Source: Phoronis australis (lineage: Eukaryota; Animalia; Phoronida). Taken from it: a stretch of DNA of 64,000 nt. Under the pieces are notes generated by a model. It ran no database searches and was not told the origin of the DNA. It saw only the letters and a list, made by a program, of their open reading frames with translations. The translations under genes were made by a program, and so were the position numbers. Positions 48,601-62,245 of this stretch are shown here, one piece after another; position 1 is the stretch's first letter; the number at the start of each line of letters is the position of its first letter. The stretch lies in NCBI GenBank assembly GCA_002633005.1, contig NMRA01000049.1:778321-842320 (forward strand). Reading direction: 5' to 3'.

Positions 48601-50870
48601 CACTTCAGTGGTGCAAGAGAAGAGAAAGTCGCAAGGATGAGGGGAGAAACCACAAGTTTTGAAGGAAAATGTTGACACTGCCTCTAAAAAAGGATGCCAG
48701 CAGGTATATTTTGGTGTTTTTGGTCGTCTGTATGCACTCTTGCTAGCTACAGGGGACTAAGCCCGCACCCTCCTAGCTGCCCCTTCACTGCATATCTGCG
48801 ATCCATTATAGATCTGGGTAGCGCTGCTTTTTCAATTAAGTATAGTAGACATATATTCACCACGACTTTCATGATAAGATTTTCTGAGCCCCGAGCCAGT
48901 GCCCGGACCCCGCTTTATTGAACCAGTTGACGTCAAAGTCTTTCTCATGTCAATTAAAGTTGTGATTTCAGGTACGGTCTAACAGTGTTAAGTTTTCTTG
49001 CAGAAATGAAAACACCATGCCGGCAATTTTCTTGAAATTCTAGCTTTTAAGTTTTTGTAAGTTACACGTGGGTTATTTTTCACTGTTTGTGATCAGAAAA
49101 AAATCAAGCTTCACTATCTTCAACGGATTTGAAATCCGTTGAGAGATAGACGGAAGCCTAAAGGTTTTGATATGTTGGGATCTTCCTTTTTTATTGGCTC
49201 CGGGGTAAAATACACGGACTTCTATATAAAAAACAACGTTTATTCTGTGCGTGTGTGAACTATCATTGGCATAAATTCTGGGGGTTGTCCAGGATGTGAC
49301 CCTTGCTCTCAATACTTGACGAGTTAATTGGTCAACGAGAGGAAAATCTGCTCGAGGAAAGAAAAGGTTGAACAAGAGTGCTAGTACAAATATTCAAAAT
49401 TTTCAGAGTTTGAAAACTATATGGGGTCGCGTGGACTTTTTATCCATCTTTGTGATAAATTCATCCTATACTTAACTGCTGCTATTCCTGCGGAAATATG
49501 TTTATGTGGTGTTTTGCGTAAAATTAAAGAGGCATACTGTTTCACTCGACGGTCGACAAAAAGTTCTTAGTAACGTTTCGGTCTCGTGCATGTACGTTCA
49601 AATCTCAACTCGTTTCAAAAAATTTACGCCGTGAATTTTCTCGCGGGAGAGTTGTTGTAGTTTTGTACTCCATGGCGCGGCAACTCATGTCAGAGGGACC
49701 TCACCAGTCAAAAAGGCGTTGACATTCGATTTTAAGATTGCCGTAATGGTCATGTGTGTTGTCTTGAAGAAAATAAAACTTTTTGCCACAGAGCAACATA
49801 CGTACGCATATCGCCGTCACCATGCAATAAGTAAACGACCCGTTTCACCACCCACATTAGATAAATGCTAGCGTCCAGTTTGCTAATTAAAATTTTATAC
49901 TCAGGTAGAACAGTTAGCAAACAGAAGGGCAGAAAGTTTGACCTAAGTTTTGATTTTGCATGAAACGTGTCGCCAGTCGATGGTTGAGGTCCTCGATCAA
50001 ATAGTCTCATTTGCTGACACTTGGTTCACCTATGGACTATGAATGACTAAATTACTTTGTTTTATCGTGGGAAAGTAAACCGTTTGACTGATGCAATAGC
50101 ATAATTTCTGAAACCATCAACAGCGATTTTGAGCAGAAAAACAATTGAAATTGAAAAATCTCGAGGCAATCACATTGGTACAATGCCAGCAACAAAATTA
50201 TTGGTAACTAGGACTAGAAATTATTGGTAACTAGAACCAGAAATTAGTTTTTTGATTTGTAAAGTTAATGTTCAACGTAGTTGTTGTGTTGTTGAAACGA
50301 CAATGGTCTTTCTTTCAAAATGTTTTAGTTACTTTACCAATCATTAGTTTAGTTTTAGGTAAACTATACACACGGTGCCTTCTGGCATATACGAAAGAAT
50401 ACCAAAACGTGATTGGCCTACATGTACGCTGTTGAGTTGTGATAGGAGGACACGTTCCATGAATTTGTCCGTCAGAAAATGAATTGTCGTTTTTCATTTA
50501 ACGGACTTTAGATGAAAAAACACGCACACAATGTGTATTTTTCCGTGCTGGCTGACGAGTTGAGCATAGTGCATTGAGACATACAGCTGTACAAGCCATA
50601 GAAACGCCTTGGTCGATTGAGCGATGCGGTTCTTGGATTGGCTGTGACAGATACAGGCCGGGCGCTACGTACACTCAGATTTTGGCTCTCGGTGAGCTTT
50701 CGTGGTTATGTCCAAATCAATAAAAAGTTTTTCCTCCTCTATTGAAGAATAGTAAGCATTAGTTTATATGACAGATGGGCTAGTCTTCTCAAACGCTGAC
50801 AGATAAAGTGGCATTTGGCATCATTCGGGTATAGTTGTGCGAATGTTAATTTTTTTACAAAAGCATTTTA

Positions 50871-51234
50871 ATTAAAAACCGGACGATCGCCGCACAAATA
50901 AAAAAGTTCATGTTCAATTCAACGTTTCGTCTCTCCATTAGACATCATCAGGATCATATTTACAACAATTTAGGACAACAAGTGCCAACATACGGCTCAG
51001 GTAACATACATAGAGTGAAGTGAGAGATACACAGAATACAGTGTATAGTCAGAAAATTTCATTAGACATCATCAGGATCATATTTACAACAATTTAGGAC
51101 AACAAGTGCCAACATACAGCTCAGGTAACATCCATAGAGTGAAGTGAGAGATACACAGAATATAGTCAGAAAAGACGAAACGTTGAATTCAACATGAACT
51201 TTTTTATTTGTGCGGCGATCGTCCGGTTTTTAAT
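50871..51234. mobile_element. Penelope-like pLTR unit: ~61-bp near-perfect inverted arms enclosing a 124-bp tandem duplication, with a hammerhead core on -
   Basis: Arms 50871-50931 and 51173-51234; direct repeats start at 50936 and 51060; minus strand CTGATGA-T-GTCT-aatggag-AGAC-GAAA-CGTT at ~50951-50921. Confidence 0.75.
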
Positions 51235-53445
51235 CTTATTGTGGCCGAAAACTGATTTAAGTACTTTAATTGTAATTGAAGCATTTCCAGGCCTCATCCG
51301 TTGCCGCACAGTAACTCAAGCCATACGGGGTGCCATACGCAATGAGTACATGCGCCTGCAGTTGGTTGGCAACCCCAAATAAACGTTTTCTCGAATTCGT
51401 TGTTGACCGATTGGCTGACTGACTTATGGGAGACAGAATCCAATTACGCCGGCAAATGATACCTTAAAATACAAACTGAGACGAATTCAAGGTTCTTATG
51501 ATACATGTAAAAAGCCTAATTTGAGTTTTTTTTTTTTTCTTGCGTGCGCCTCGCTCGACCATTTTCTCTTGTCAAGTCCGGGAGCGCTTTTGGGTTTCAT
51601 TCCACCGCTCAACAATTACAGAAATACCATGTCTCCTAAACTACAATTTAAGACTTTTTTCAAGTGATTTTGACCACAGCCATATTTTGCTGTGCAAACC
51701 TGTACACATTACTTCCTGGCACGACTTTGTCGGGGCATAGAACTCTCAGTAGCATGCCAACTTCGAACTCGCGTTGCTGAGATTGTGCCGTGCATTTGTT
51801 TGCATTCGTTTGCTCTGGTGTTGGTTATTTCTAAGTTTGCTGTCGCTAAAACTTTTCGTAACTCCGAATTTTTTTAAACCGAATTGCGTCAGACTCATAT
51901 CATTAGAATGCCTTTCATCAATTAGGTCTTGATGGTGTATCGATTAAAGTACAAGCAAAAGTAATTTAATTTCACTCATCGGATAAAAAGCGGGGTTCAA
52001 TCTGTGTAAAAACGCAAGAGTGACATGTTGGTCGCAACACTCAAAAACGTCCCGACTAAGTTTTTATCCAACGAAAGACGTTACACAGAAAGGTGCCCGA
52101 CGGCGTTTTTTTTTTGTTTTGTTTTATTTTTTTAGTCGAGTGGGCAATTGCGGGTGCTTCAAAAATCCACGAAATATACCGTTTATTCTTTTTAGTTGAA
52201 CGGGAAAATAGTGCTATGTCGTGTGGGAAATTACAGTAATATATGATATGACAGTGTCGCCGTGTGTCAAAAAGCGAGACATTTCAATCATGATGGTGTG
52301 GCGGTATGGAGGGAAAAAATTCAAGAAGTGGGATAGTCCGCCAAGACTAGACTAGGCACTGAAGCCAGAACAATGTACCGGCTGTCTGCAACACAAAGGT
52401 AACCTTTCACTTTTAAAAACTTTATTCCACAGGTATAGTTAGGTCTAAATGCTACAGTTAACATCCACAGCTAAGAACTCCAATTAACAATAAAATGTCT
52501 CTGCAACTGGCGAACACTGATTGCACAAATTGGCAGTGAGTAATAGCTACGCAAATACGGGTAGTTCGAAAGTCATGGAAACACACCTGCTTAAGTAGTT
52601 GGGGGTAAACTTATCATTTATATTTGAAAAACAAGCACCCATAAACCAAATTTTCACTTCCCTTGTCCGTAAAATACAGTACCAGTTATTAAAATGATTT
52701 TAACACTGACCGTGCACTTGATGAAAAACCGCACCGGGCAATCATACAGTACATCAGACTAGAGAAAGTTTTATGTAATTGTCCACTAGTTTTGCCGCGA
52801 GGTAGGTGGTAGTCAAGAAACGTAGCTAGATCAAGAGTCTTGCTTGGTGGAAAAATGTCACAATGGAAATGAATCAATGAAATTATTCTTCATGATTTGA
52901 TAACGCCAAAACTTCGTCAAAACTCAGGCGAGCAGACAGCCAGGCAGTGCGAAACTCTCGCGGCTAGTTTCGTGGTAGCAAGCTCTAACAATACATTGGT
53001 CACGTGCAGGAGTTGGCACTCTGGCACAGCGCTAGTTCCATGGCCTTGGAGTTGGTAGCTGTAGGGTTTCAGTCGATATATTCTTCCCACCGATCACCGA
53101 AACTTCGGTTACTAAAATTGAGCTAACTCTATTTTCAATATGGCTGCGCCCTTATATAGCTGTGACTAGTACACTGTACGTACGAAGAGGTCATACTGTG
53201 TGTGTGTATGTGGTCTACGGGAACGAGACTTTACATTCCTGCAAGCAATTAGGCAATTAGGCTAAATCGTCCTGAATACCACTGGCATACAGGGGTCATT
53301 CACATAAACTGAAGTCCGGACTGAGGCGGCTGGCAGCCTTACCTACCAACAACACAAACCGGAACTAAAACGCATAAATAGATGGGTTGACGGAGATTTG
53401 AAGTAAAGGCCAGGTGCACTGTAATAGTTCTGTGTTGTTGTGAGC

Positions 53446-56400
53446 ATGGAAGAATTTATTTTAGCTGGTATTGCCGGATGTTGCGCCGGGTCCTTTACCA
53501 ACCCTTTGGAGGTGGTTAAAACGCGCATGCAGTTACAGGGTGAACTGAAAGCAAGAGGCCAATACTCTGTGCACTACAGGAATGTCTTCCATGCCTTTTA
53601 CACCATTGCAAGATGTGATGGTGTTCTGGCTTTGCAAAAAGGACTTGTTCCAGCGTTGTGGTACCAGTTTATCATGAACGGAATGAGGCTTGGTTCGTAT
53701 CAGACATTTGTTAATGCTGGATTGACGAAGAACAGTGATGGTTCTGTCAGTGTTCCACGGAGCTTTGCAGCTGGTGCTACCTCAGGTGTTATAGGAGCCT
53801 TCTTCGCCAGCCCTACATATCTCGTGCGTCTTTCATAATCTTAACTGAGAAAAAAAATGTTTAAGCCTATTTTAAGCTTTCCTTATAAGTACATATGTAG
53901 GCCCGTGTTCTCATATATTTAATGTTAATGTGTTTCATGCTGTAAACTTTAATTCCTCTGTAAATGAGATAAGGATCGAGTTGGAGAAATCTTTTGAATT
54001 TCTTCAATGTCTCATGGTGAGCCTATATAAGTTCATCCACATTCCATTCTCATCAGTGGCAGTGGTCATAAAAAGGAGTGACTACATTCACAGGGTTAAT
54101 CATGAGGGTTATTACTGTTTCTTATCAGATCATATCTAAGTAGAAGGATGAAATGCATCCGGACTGTACTTATTCTTTTTTCTTTTTGGGACATGAAAAC
54201 CAATGGAAAAAGAAAAGTACAGTCTGGATGCTGTGCTGTGGACACGTCCCCACATTGTGAGGAGATCGCGTGGCTCAGTGGTTTGAGCTCCGGAGCTCCC
54301 TGTTTGGGAGACCCGAGCTCGAATCTTTACTTAACTAATCAACAATTGAGGATCGCATGGAAAGGTGTTTCGTACTCCTCTGGGTTTGGTTTTACTGGTG
54401 AATTTATGCAAGGGCCGGAGTGAGTGAGAACCAGGATATATTAAAACGATTTCTTCTAGTGCTAATTAAAAAGAGATGCTCACATTGTGATTGATGCAAG
54501 TGAATATTTTGACTGTAAAACATTTTATTCAATTTGGTTTGACCATATCCTTGATTAAGTGTATTTCCTAGTTTATAAGTGAGATTTAATGCATAATCTG
54601 TTAAGTTCACTTGTGAAGTTTTATGTGGCCATGCAGTAGGAACAGGTATAACAATCTAATTCAGTGACAAACTATTGGCAAAAATTATTTTCGTAATGAA
54701 GAATACTGATTGAATATTAGTTAGTCCAGACCTTGTAAAAAGCGTATAATGTTCGGATTAGGATATTAAAGAAATGTTTGACTGATTTAAACCATTTAAT
54801 AAACCTATAGTAAAACCAGTGAAAATGCCAACAGTTATCAGCATTTTATGTAAACTAATACTATTTGCAATCCACTATATTTTACATGCTGAATAGCTGA
54901 GGATACTTAAAAAAAAAAAGAAATGCGGTGTGCTAAATCTGAAGCAATACTTCCAAGTATGGTTTTACTCAATTTTTTCACGCATGACTTGAGCGATATC
55001 TGTTGGTTGTCAGTAGGACCCTCTGGGAGCATGTATCTACGGCTTACCCACTGTGAGACAGAATGCAAAATTATTTCACGGGAGAGTTTGCATACTTATT
55101 TTAATTTACAGATAAAGACTCACTTGCAAGCAAAATCAAGCGACTCAATTGCTGTGGGTCATCAACACAGTCACTCAGGGTTTGTGGACGGACTACGAAG
55201 TGTCTTGGCCAATGAAGGCTTCCTGGGCTTGTGGCGTGGGGCGTCAGCGGCCATGGTTAGAGTTACTATGGGATCATCCACACAACTGGCGACATTCTCA
55301 AAGACAAAAGCTTATGTTGAAAAACTCAATGTATGTAGATCAGCAAATATAAAGGGGCACTTGTTTTCCACATGTACCGAATCCATTTGAATTTACAACG
55401 TGGGTGTGGAATTTCAGAAAACTCGCACAAGATCAAGGTAGAATTGAATTCTATCCAACCAATTATTGTCACTTGAAAACAAACTTCGTCAAGAGGAGAT
55501 TTTGGAGATTTAACCAACCTGCTTTGGGAAGGAAATTTTTTCATCTTTTCTCATTTTTTGCTAAGTTCTGAGGCATACCTAGTGCCGTTGATTATGTAAA
55601 ATAATTGAATATGTAAAGAATTTTGTAAAAAGTATGGTGAATGTGCCTCTTTCAGGGATGAGAGTTTTACGCTTTTCGTCAGATTTCCTCTTTTTCTGAG
55701 TAAAAATTAAGGTCTTTATGCAATCATAGAATCTGTTGATCATTCTTATCATTAATTTTTTTATGTGGGTAGGGCATGCTCGTCATTCCTACGGCGATCG
55801 TTCGTGTTTACATTTTCACCATCTTTATTGTTGCTAAGTCATGTGGTAGTAAGAATACATGTTATCTAAATTGTAATTGGCCGAAACATCAGTTCTGAGA
55901 ACATATCCAATCACTTGTAACATTTCTTACAAATTAAAGTACCCACAACATAATGTACATATGTTAATTGGCTGCTCGTCATAAGTGTCTCTTTTGTATT
56001 GGCTTTCTACTAAAAATGATGACTACAATTGACAAGTGAGACGAAGTGAAGGAGTGTGAAATTGAGGATGATATTAAAAACAAATTTTGGTGAGATTGGT
56101 TGGATTGTAAAATTATAACTTTAGTGGATGGGAAGCATTGGACGTCGCGGTAAAAGCACTGTACTGTTTGTGATGATGTTTTTAACTACCAATCAAGAGG
56201 ACGGACACACATTTCCATGTAAATATAGAAAAATGACACCAGGTTGTCTTATAAATTACTAGAGCTCAAACTGTGGGAAAAGTGGTTTGTAATGCCTTAC
56301 GATTCAACATTTTTCCTCCAGACCTCCCCCCTTCAGCACCTTCAAAGTATTTGACAAACATCTGTGCTTATTTCATGAACACCTACTCCTATCCCAGCTT

Positions 56401-57836
56401 TTTAATGTTAACTTAAATGTCTGATCACATGAAACAAACTTTCAATATTTCAGGCTCAGGTTACGTCAAACCTGACTTGTACGTGGCAGATGCCTTGTTA
56501 ATGATCTATATTCAGAATAAATTGGATTTTTGAATATAGAAGCACAGTTTTATCCAGAAACTGCTTTGTGGCTGGTTCATTGTGAATGTTTAATTGGGAT
56601 AGTACCATTTTCTGCATACCTCAGGCAAGTTGTCAAAACATACTAAATAATTCGAATATGTAGAGAATGGTTGTGCTCAGATATAGGATGCGGATCTATG
56701 GCAACCTGGTTGTTGTCTTCATTGCTGACATGCATCACCGCGTGATGCCAAGATTACATTCTTGTATAAGTCACTATTAGCCCATGATTGTCAACAGCGG
56801 ATGGCTGAAAGGACCGCTGTGGAACCATTCTTGAGCAGGTCCCCGTATTGCTGGCCAAATTGCAACTTCGTTTTCCATTCCTCTTACTGCCAAAGAGAGA
56901 CCTGAAAGGTGACTAACTGTGCAGCTGGGCTGTCCCTTGCCATTCCTTAGAAGTCTGGGTGATGCCCTATTGATGTGCATTTAGGTTAAAATGTCACCAG
57001 TTTATAACGCAGTGGAGCATGCACGTGAAATTCTCTTTTTTCATGTTTTCCATCATAGTTAATCAGCAACAAGTTGATGCTTTATCATTTTCGTGTTCTA
57101 TACCATGATGTGCTACCACAAGACAATGTTTTGAGAAATTGCGACTGTTGACAGCAAGCCGGCTTTGGAAAAGGTCAATTTTGTCGATTATTTTTGTCCG
57201 ACTTTGGTGAGAATGGCACTATATCTTTATTGATTTCTCTTAACCTTACTTTCCTAAACTTCAAAGTGCATTTACATTAATTTTAATTTAAGCAAAGGCG
57301 TGATGACGTGCTTTTGAGGTGACGGTGTGGCCGAGTGGTTTGAGCTCCGAACTCCCGTTTGCGACACCTGGGTTGGAATCCTGGCTTTACTCAAGACAAT
57401 CGAGCATTACACTCCTCTGAGCTTGGTCATAACTTGTAAATGTATACAGGGAATGAATGAGAACCTGGATATAATGCGAAAGCAATTTCTGGGACTGCTC
57501 ATTTAAACCCTGCTTTTATTGTTGCAGGTATTTAAACCGGACAGTGTGTTGATAGCCCTTTCAGCGAGCATGCTCAGTGGTGTTTTTGTCGTCGGAGCGA
57601 TGACCCCATTCGATGTCGTCTCCACACGGTTGTACAACCAAAGCGTCGATGCCCAGGGCCATGGGAAATTTTACAATGGATTCATAGATTGCTTCCAAAA
57701 GATTGCCAAAGAAGAAGGCCTTTGGGGATTCTACAAGGGAATAGGTGCCTCGTTTTTCCGACTGGGACCTCACACAGTTCTGAGTCTGGTCTTCTGGAAT
57801 GAACTGAGGAAATTGTACAAACAAAAGGAAATGTAG
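53446..57836 (+). CDS. SLC25A35: Mitochondrial carrier, solute carrier family 25 member 35-like; 3 exons (53446-53823, 55112-55330, 57528-57836), 301 aa
   Basis: [48 protein letters not shown]; IKTHLQA..IAVGHQH; [38 protein letters not shown]. Three carrier repeats, GT-AG phase-0 introns, 906 nt. Confidence 0.92.
54262..54442 (+). mobile_element. tRNA-derived SINE, copy 1 (SLC25A35 intron 1)
   Basis: A box TGGCTCAGTGG, degenerate B box GAGCTCGAATC, shared tail ..actcctctg..tgagaaccaggatata. Confidence 0.7.
57318..57475 (+). mobile_element. tRNA-derived SINE, copy 2 (SLC25A35 intron 2)
   Basis: A box TGGCCGAGTGG, B box GGTTGGAATCC, tail ..actcctctg..tgagaacctggatata. Confidence 0.7.
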
Positions 57837-59873
57837 GAAAAGGTTTGTTGCAATAGAAGATAAGAGTCATCCATTGGACTCTGCAAGTTAAGCTGTAGTA
57901 GCTAGTCCAGGAAGTCATACCAATGTGGTCATGTTCAAGTGTAATATCACATTAACAGTAAAGACTAAAGGTTTGATTTGTGCAAGTTAAATGTTCTCCA
58001 CAATCTGTTTTGACTAGTCAAGGAGCCAGTTTCAATTTCACTGTGAATGGTTATAAATGTGAATTCTATTCTGATGTCTTCTGTTCTCAAGGCCTTGTCA
58101 ATGATTAATATTGCACAAGAAATTTGTGCAGTTGGCTGGCTCACTATTGTTAGGAAGCCTTTTTGTCATGAGCAACATTGGGCAACTGGGGAAGGAAGTG
58201 GTCCCTCTCTGAGTAGACTGACCCTCATGGCTACATAAGTTAAGGTTACTTGCGTTGAGTTTGGAAATCTATGCAATCATGATGATTTTGTAAGTATTAG
58301 GAGGTCAGCCATTTCTTGACGTTTTATAGTCTTTTGGTACCAGTTCAATACAAGTATTCCTCTGCTTAACACAAACTCCCCACAGCCTGGACATGGAGTT
58401 TTGAAAATGCACATGAATTTAGTAATCTCAGTTCAGTTGGAATTTTCTGTTGTGGAGAACATTTTGTATACTGATGTGGCAACAAACATTCTTATAGACG
58501 AAACTGTTTAAATGCATGGCAGTGCTGTCTGTTTATTTTTAAAATAACAGACTATCAAATTCACGAATGAGAGGGTGTAAAAATTTTTATCTATCAGAAA
58601 ATAAACGCACAAAGTACAAAAATAAAGTAAGGGCTGTTCCAGTAAGAAATGTATGGGAGGGGTGAAGGCACTGTCATTTTTACCCAACGCTCTTATTTTT
58701 CTTTAATTTATTTCTCTAACCCACCACCCATAATTTTAATTAGGTTCAGATATAAAATGCAACCACCCACAATATTTTTAAATTATGCTTGAATTATACA
58801 TGGTAATGTACATGTTAGCTTTTATTCTCTTTAGATATTTTCGGTATTCATTGTTTTGTGAGCCGACAACGGTCCAGTAGACACAACGTCAGCTCCATCC
58901 CAGGCAAGGAATAAAAATTCACACAAAGTCATGCTTTCCAGTGAATAGCGATTAATGAACAAGGATGTTGGTATGCGCCCTTCGTGTGCATTGCAAATGG
59001 CAGGTGCTACTATTTCAAAATTCTTATAAGTGGGAGCAACGCCTGTAAACAAATTGCCTCTAGGTGGCACATCATGATCTGAGATAATCAACCTGTCTTG
59101 TCAAAAAGTAATGGCCAACAGGGGTGGTATGATAGGCAAATCTGTCCAAAAATCGACTTGTGCTGGTGCATCCATGCCATCTTATCTCTGTCATCATGTT
59201 AAGCGGTTTCAACATAAGAGACGTACAAGGAATGACTTGTTAGTGAGCAGTCGAAAACTAACAGGGGTGCTACAATAGTTGAATCCGTCCAAAACACGAC
59301 TGGTGCTGATGCATTCTCGCCATATACCTCTGTATCCAATTTCACTCTCGATCCGTCAAGCAGTTTTCGAGATAATCGACGCACAAAGAATGGCTTGTCG
59401 AAAACTAAAGAAGCCAACTTGGGTTACCACAGTAGCCAAATCCGTCCAACATTCAACTGGTGCAGGTGCATCCCCACCACTGAAGTACCTAATATACTAA
59501 ATTTCATCATGATCTGCCTAGCAGGACCACCAAAAATTTTAAGTTTCCTTCAGAAGATAGCCATTTATTTTTATTTCAACTACTGCACCCTCCTTCCATA
59601 CAGATTTTGCTAGAGCAGCCCTAAGAAAATATAATGCAAAATGTGAGTCAACATTATTATTGCATGAAAAAAGATAATAAAGGGCCAGTAACATTACGTG
59701 AGTAAAGAGCAAAACAGTTGTATTGTGCATTCAGTGACAGTAAAGTTGCATCAAACCCACTTAATGTTTGATTCTCACTTGGACAAAGTTCCGTGTTTCT
59801 AAATCATGTACTTGAATCGTAAGATAAGTAGGTTATGCCATACTCGAAAAAACAATTGCTTCAATGATACCTG

Positions 59874-60120
59874 GGGCCCATTCCAACAAAACTGACTTAG
59901 CTAAGACAAATCTTAAATTTTAGTAAATTTTAAGATAAAACTTAAATTTGTCTCTAGACCATTTCATAAAAGAGATCTTAAAATTGAATTAAGTTTTTGA
60001 TAAAAGTTTTGTCTTAATTTCACCTATCTTACCAGATGGGGAAGTTTCAAAGTATGGAAGCTAAGATAAATCTTAGACTTAAGTCAAAATGAACTTTAGT
60101 CAGTTTCTTGGAATGGGCCC
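59874..60120. mobile_element. PIF/Harbinger-type MITE
   Basis: TIR GGGCCCATTCCAACAAAACTGACT / AGTCAGTTTCTTGGAATGGGCCC, 3-bp CTG duplication, internal TAAGATAAA/TCTTA repeats. Confidence 0.8.
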
Positions 60121-62150
60121 CTGTGTTATACTGTCATTATTTGCTTCTGTTGATAAAATCTTTTGTTTCTTATCTACTAGTTTTAAAGAAGTACTGTGGT
60201 TGTTACATGTACATGATTGTGTTACATTTAATTTTTTTGTTCTCAGCACGTCATGCTATTTTGTGTTATGCCGGAAGTTATTATTTGGCCTAATAATAGA
60301 TGGAACATTAGCTCATCAAATTCGGATGATTTTCTTCATACCTAATTTGGAGACTTTATTTTAATAATTATTTAGATAGCGATAACTTCAGTTTAGGCAA
60401 GGTACTGGATTGATGTTGTAATGGTTGATTTTGTAATTGAAATGTCATTTTCGGGTGTCTTGTATTTGAGGAAAATATTTTCAAATCATAGGTATTATAT
60501 ATAATTGTATTATGCTGTCTTGATCTTTGTTTTCATGCAAGTTCATTGCAGTGGGAAGATTCTCAATGGATACATTGAAATGCCACATACCGTACTATTG
60601 CCCGTAAACGCCAAGTATGTTTGAATGAAGCACTCACTGTCTCTAAAAAAAGCGGGGCGGCCTGCATTTCAAAGCCGTATATTTCAAAAGACGGGTTTGG
60701 GCATTATTCAAACTACTGATTGAGGCTAAAGGCCTGGCAGGTATGTCGATTACAGTCACTTCACTTGAGTCAAGTGAAAACTCAGATGATTATGCAATAT
60801 CTACAGTTTGTTAGTGATGGATAAGCTAATAGTTCTTATTTTACAAGCACTTCAGTTTGGCATTCTGAGATTTGAATGGCTTTACATGAGACAACTCCCA
60901 CACAAAAATTTGGGATTTTCTAAGTACCCCACCACCTAAGCAAGTCTAAGCCAGATTGTGACTGAACCGTCCTAATCAATTCGCAAATTAATGCTCGTGA
61001 CGCTAATCTCTCTAATAATGCATTTATTTTAAAATTTCGAAGATGGCTACTATTTACTTCTCAATTTTAAAAATTGCCATGTTGGTCATTTGCCTTACTT
61101 GGTGTTTGTTTTTTTAGTTTGAGACTTGTATGCTCAACAGGCAAGTTTTTTTACTACCGTAGCAATCTCATCCAACGCGTTCAGTCAAACTCATGAATAC
61201 CGACTACCTCACTTCAATCTGTGATGGCACACTATCAAGCCTTTGATGTGCTGAGGAAATCGCTCATTTGGGGTAAACAGTATACGCTTTCTGGTCCACT
61301 TGCGTGCATATCCTGCTAGATTAAGATTACCTAATGAAAGTCCTATCTGAATGTTTGAATTTTGGGAGTACAGTAGAACACAAGTATTCCAAGTTAAATT
61401 TTTCTATATCGATACTAGGTTTTTGGTTGTTTCAGAGATATTTTATGAGCATTCCCATAAAGATTTTCATCGACACACTGCGATTGTTTAACTCGGGCCA
61501 ACTGATGCATCATACCTCATTCTTTCTTGCCACAGGCTTGTGATATGCTTTGAATATAGATTCTGACACAGAATAGCTATTTAGAGACTTGTTGGGTTTT
61601 TTCACAATGTCTGACCATACAACAAAAAATGCTTGTGTCAAAATTTGCTGTAAGTCAAACTGTTTACAGTACTGCTGGCTTTGGACTTGTGGAATGTAAT
61701 GTACTTACAAAGAAGTGAAGATTATTGACAGGTCTGTTATGTGGTTTGACTGTTTCTGAAGACTGGGTTTTATGGTATGCTGAATGTATACAATGTGTTT
61801 CAGTGATGTTTAAGATATTGTGGAAGGAATGCTCATTTAGCCAGAAATGTGACACTTTTCAATACTCAGTTTGAAGCGTCTTAATTCTTGTGTATTATAG
61901 GTGTGAAACACGTTTCAACAATATTTCACTGCTGACAATTGTCTAGTAAAGGTCGCATAAGTTGGATCGTACCTGACCGACAAATTTCACGTGAGTTGAG
62001 CAAAATGCACTTGTCTGAATGGCCGCATGCACCATATTTGACTGGAATAAATCCCCCCGGCCAATTACGCTCCACTAAAATGACGTCTCCAGCAAATCAC
62101 ATGCATCTCTGGAGGTGTATCACCTAAATGTATATAATAATTATTCTTAT

Positions 62151-62157
<7 letters not shown>

Positions 62158-62185
<28 letters not shown>

Positions 62186-62186
62186 T

Positions 62187-62225
<39 letters not shown>

Positions 62226-62245
62226 CTGTGTCTGTGTATGTATAT
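62158..62245. repeat. (TG)n microsatellite
   Basis: Long gtgtgt run. Confidence 0.95.

Noticed and set aside
57318-57385. Functional tRNA gene
   Set aside because: Acceptor and anticodon stems are broken, and a non-tRNA tail is shared with the copy at 54262, so it is a SINE.
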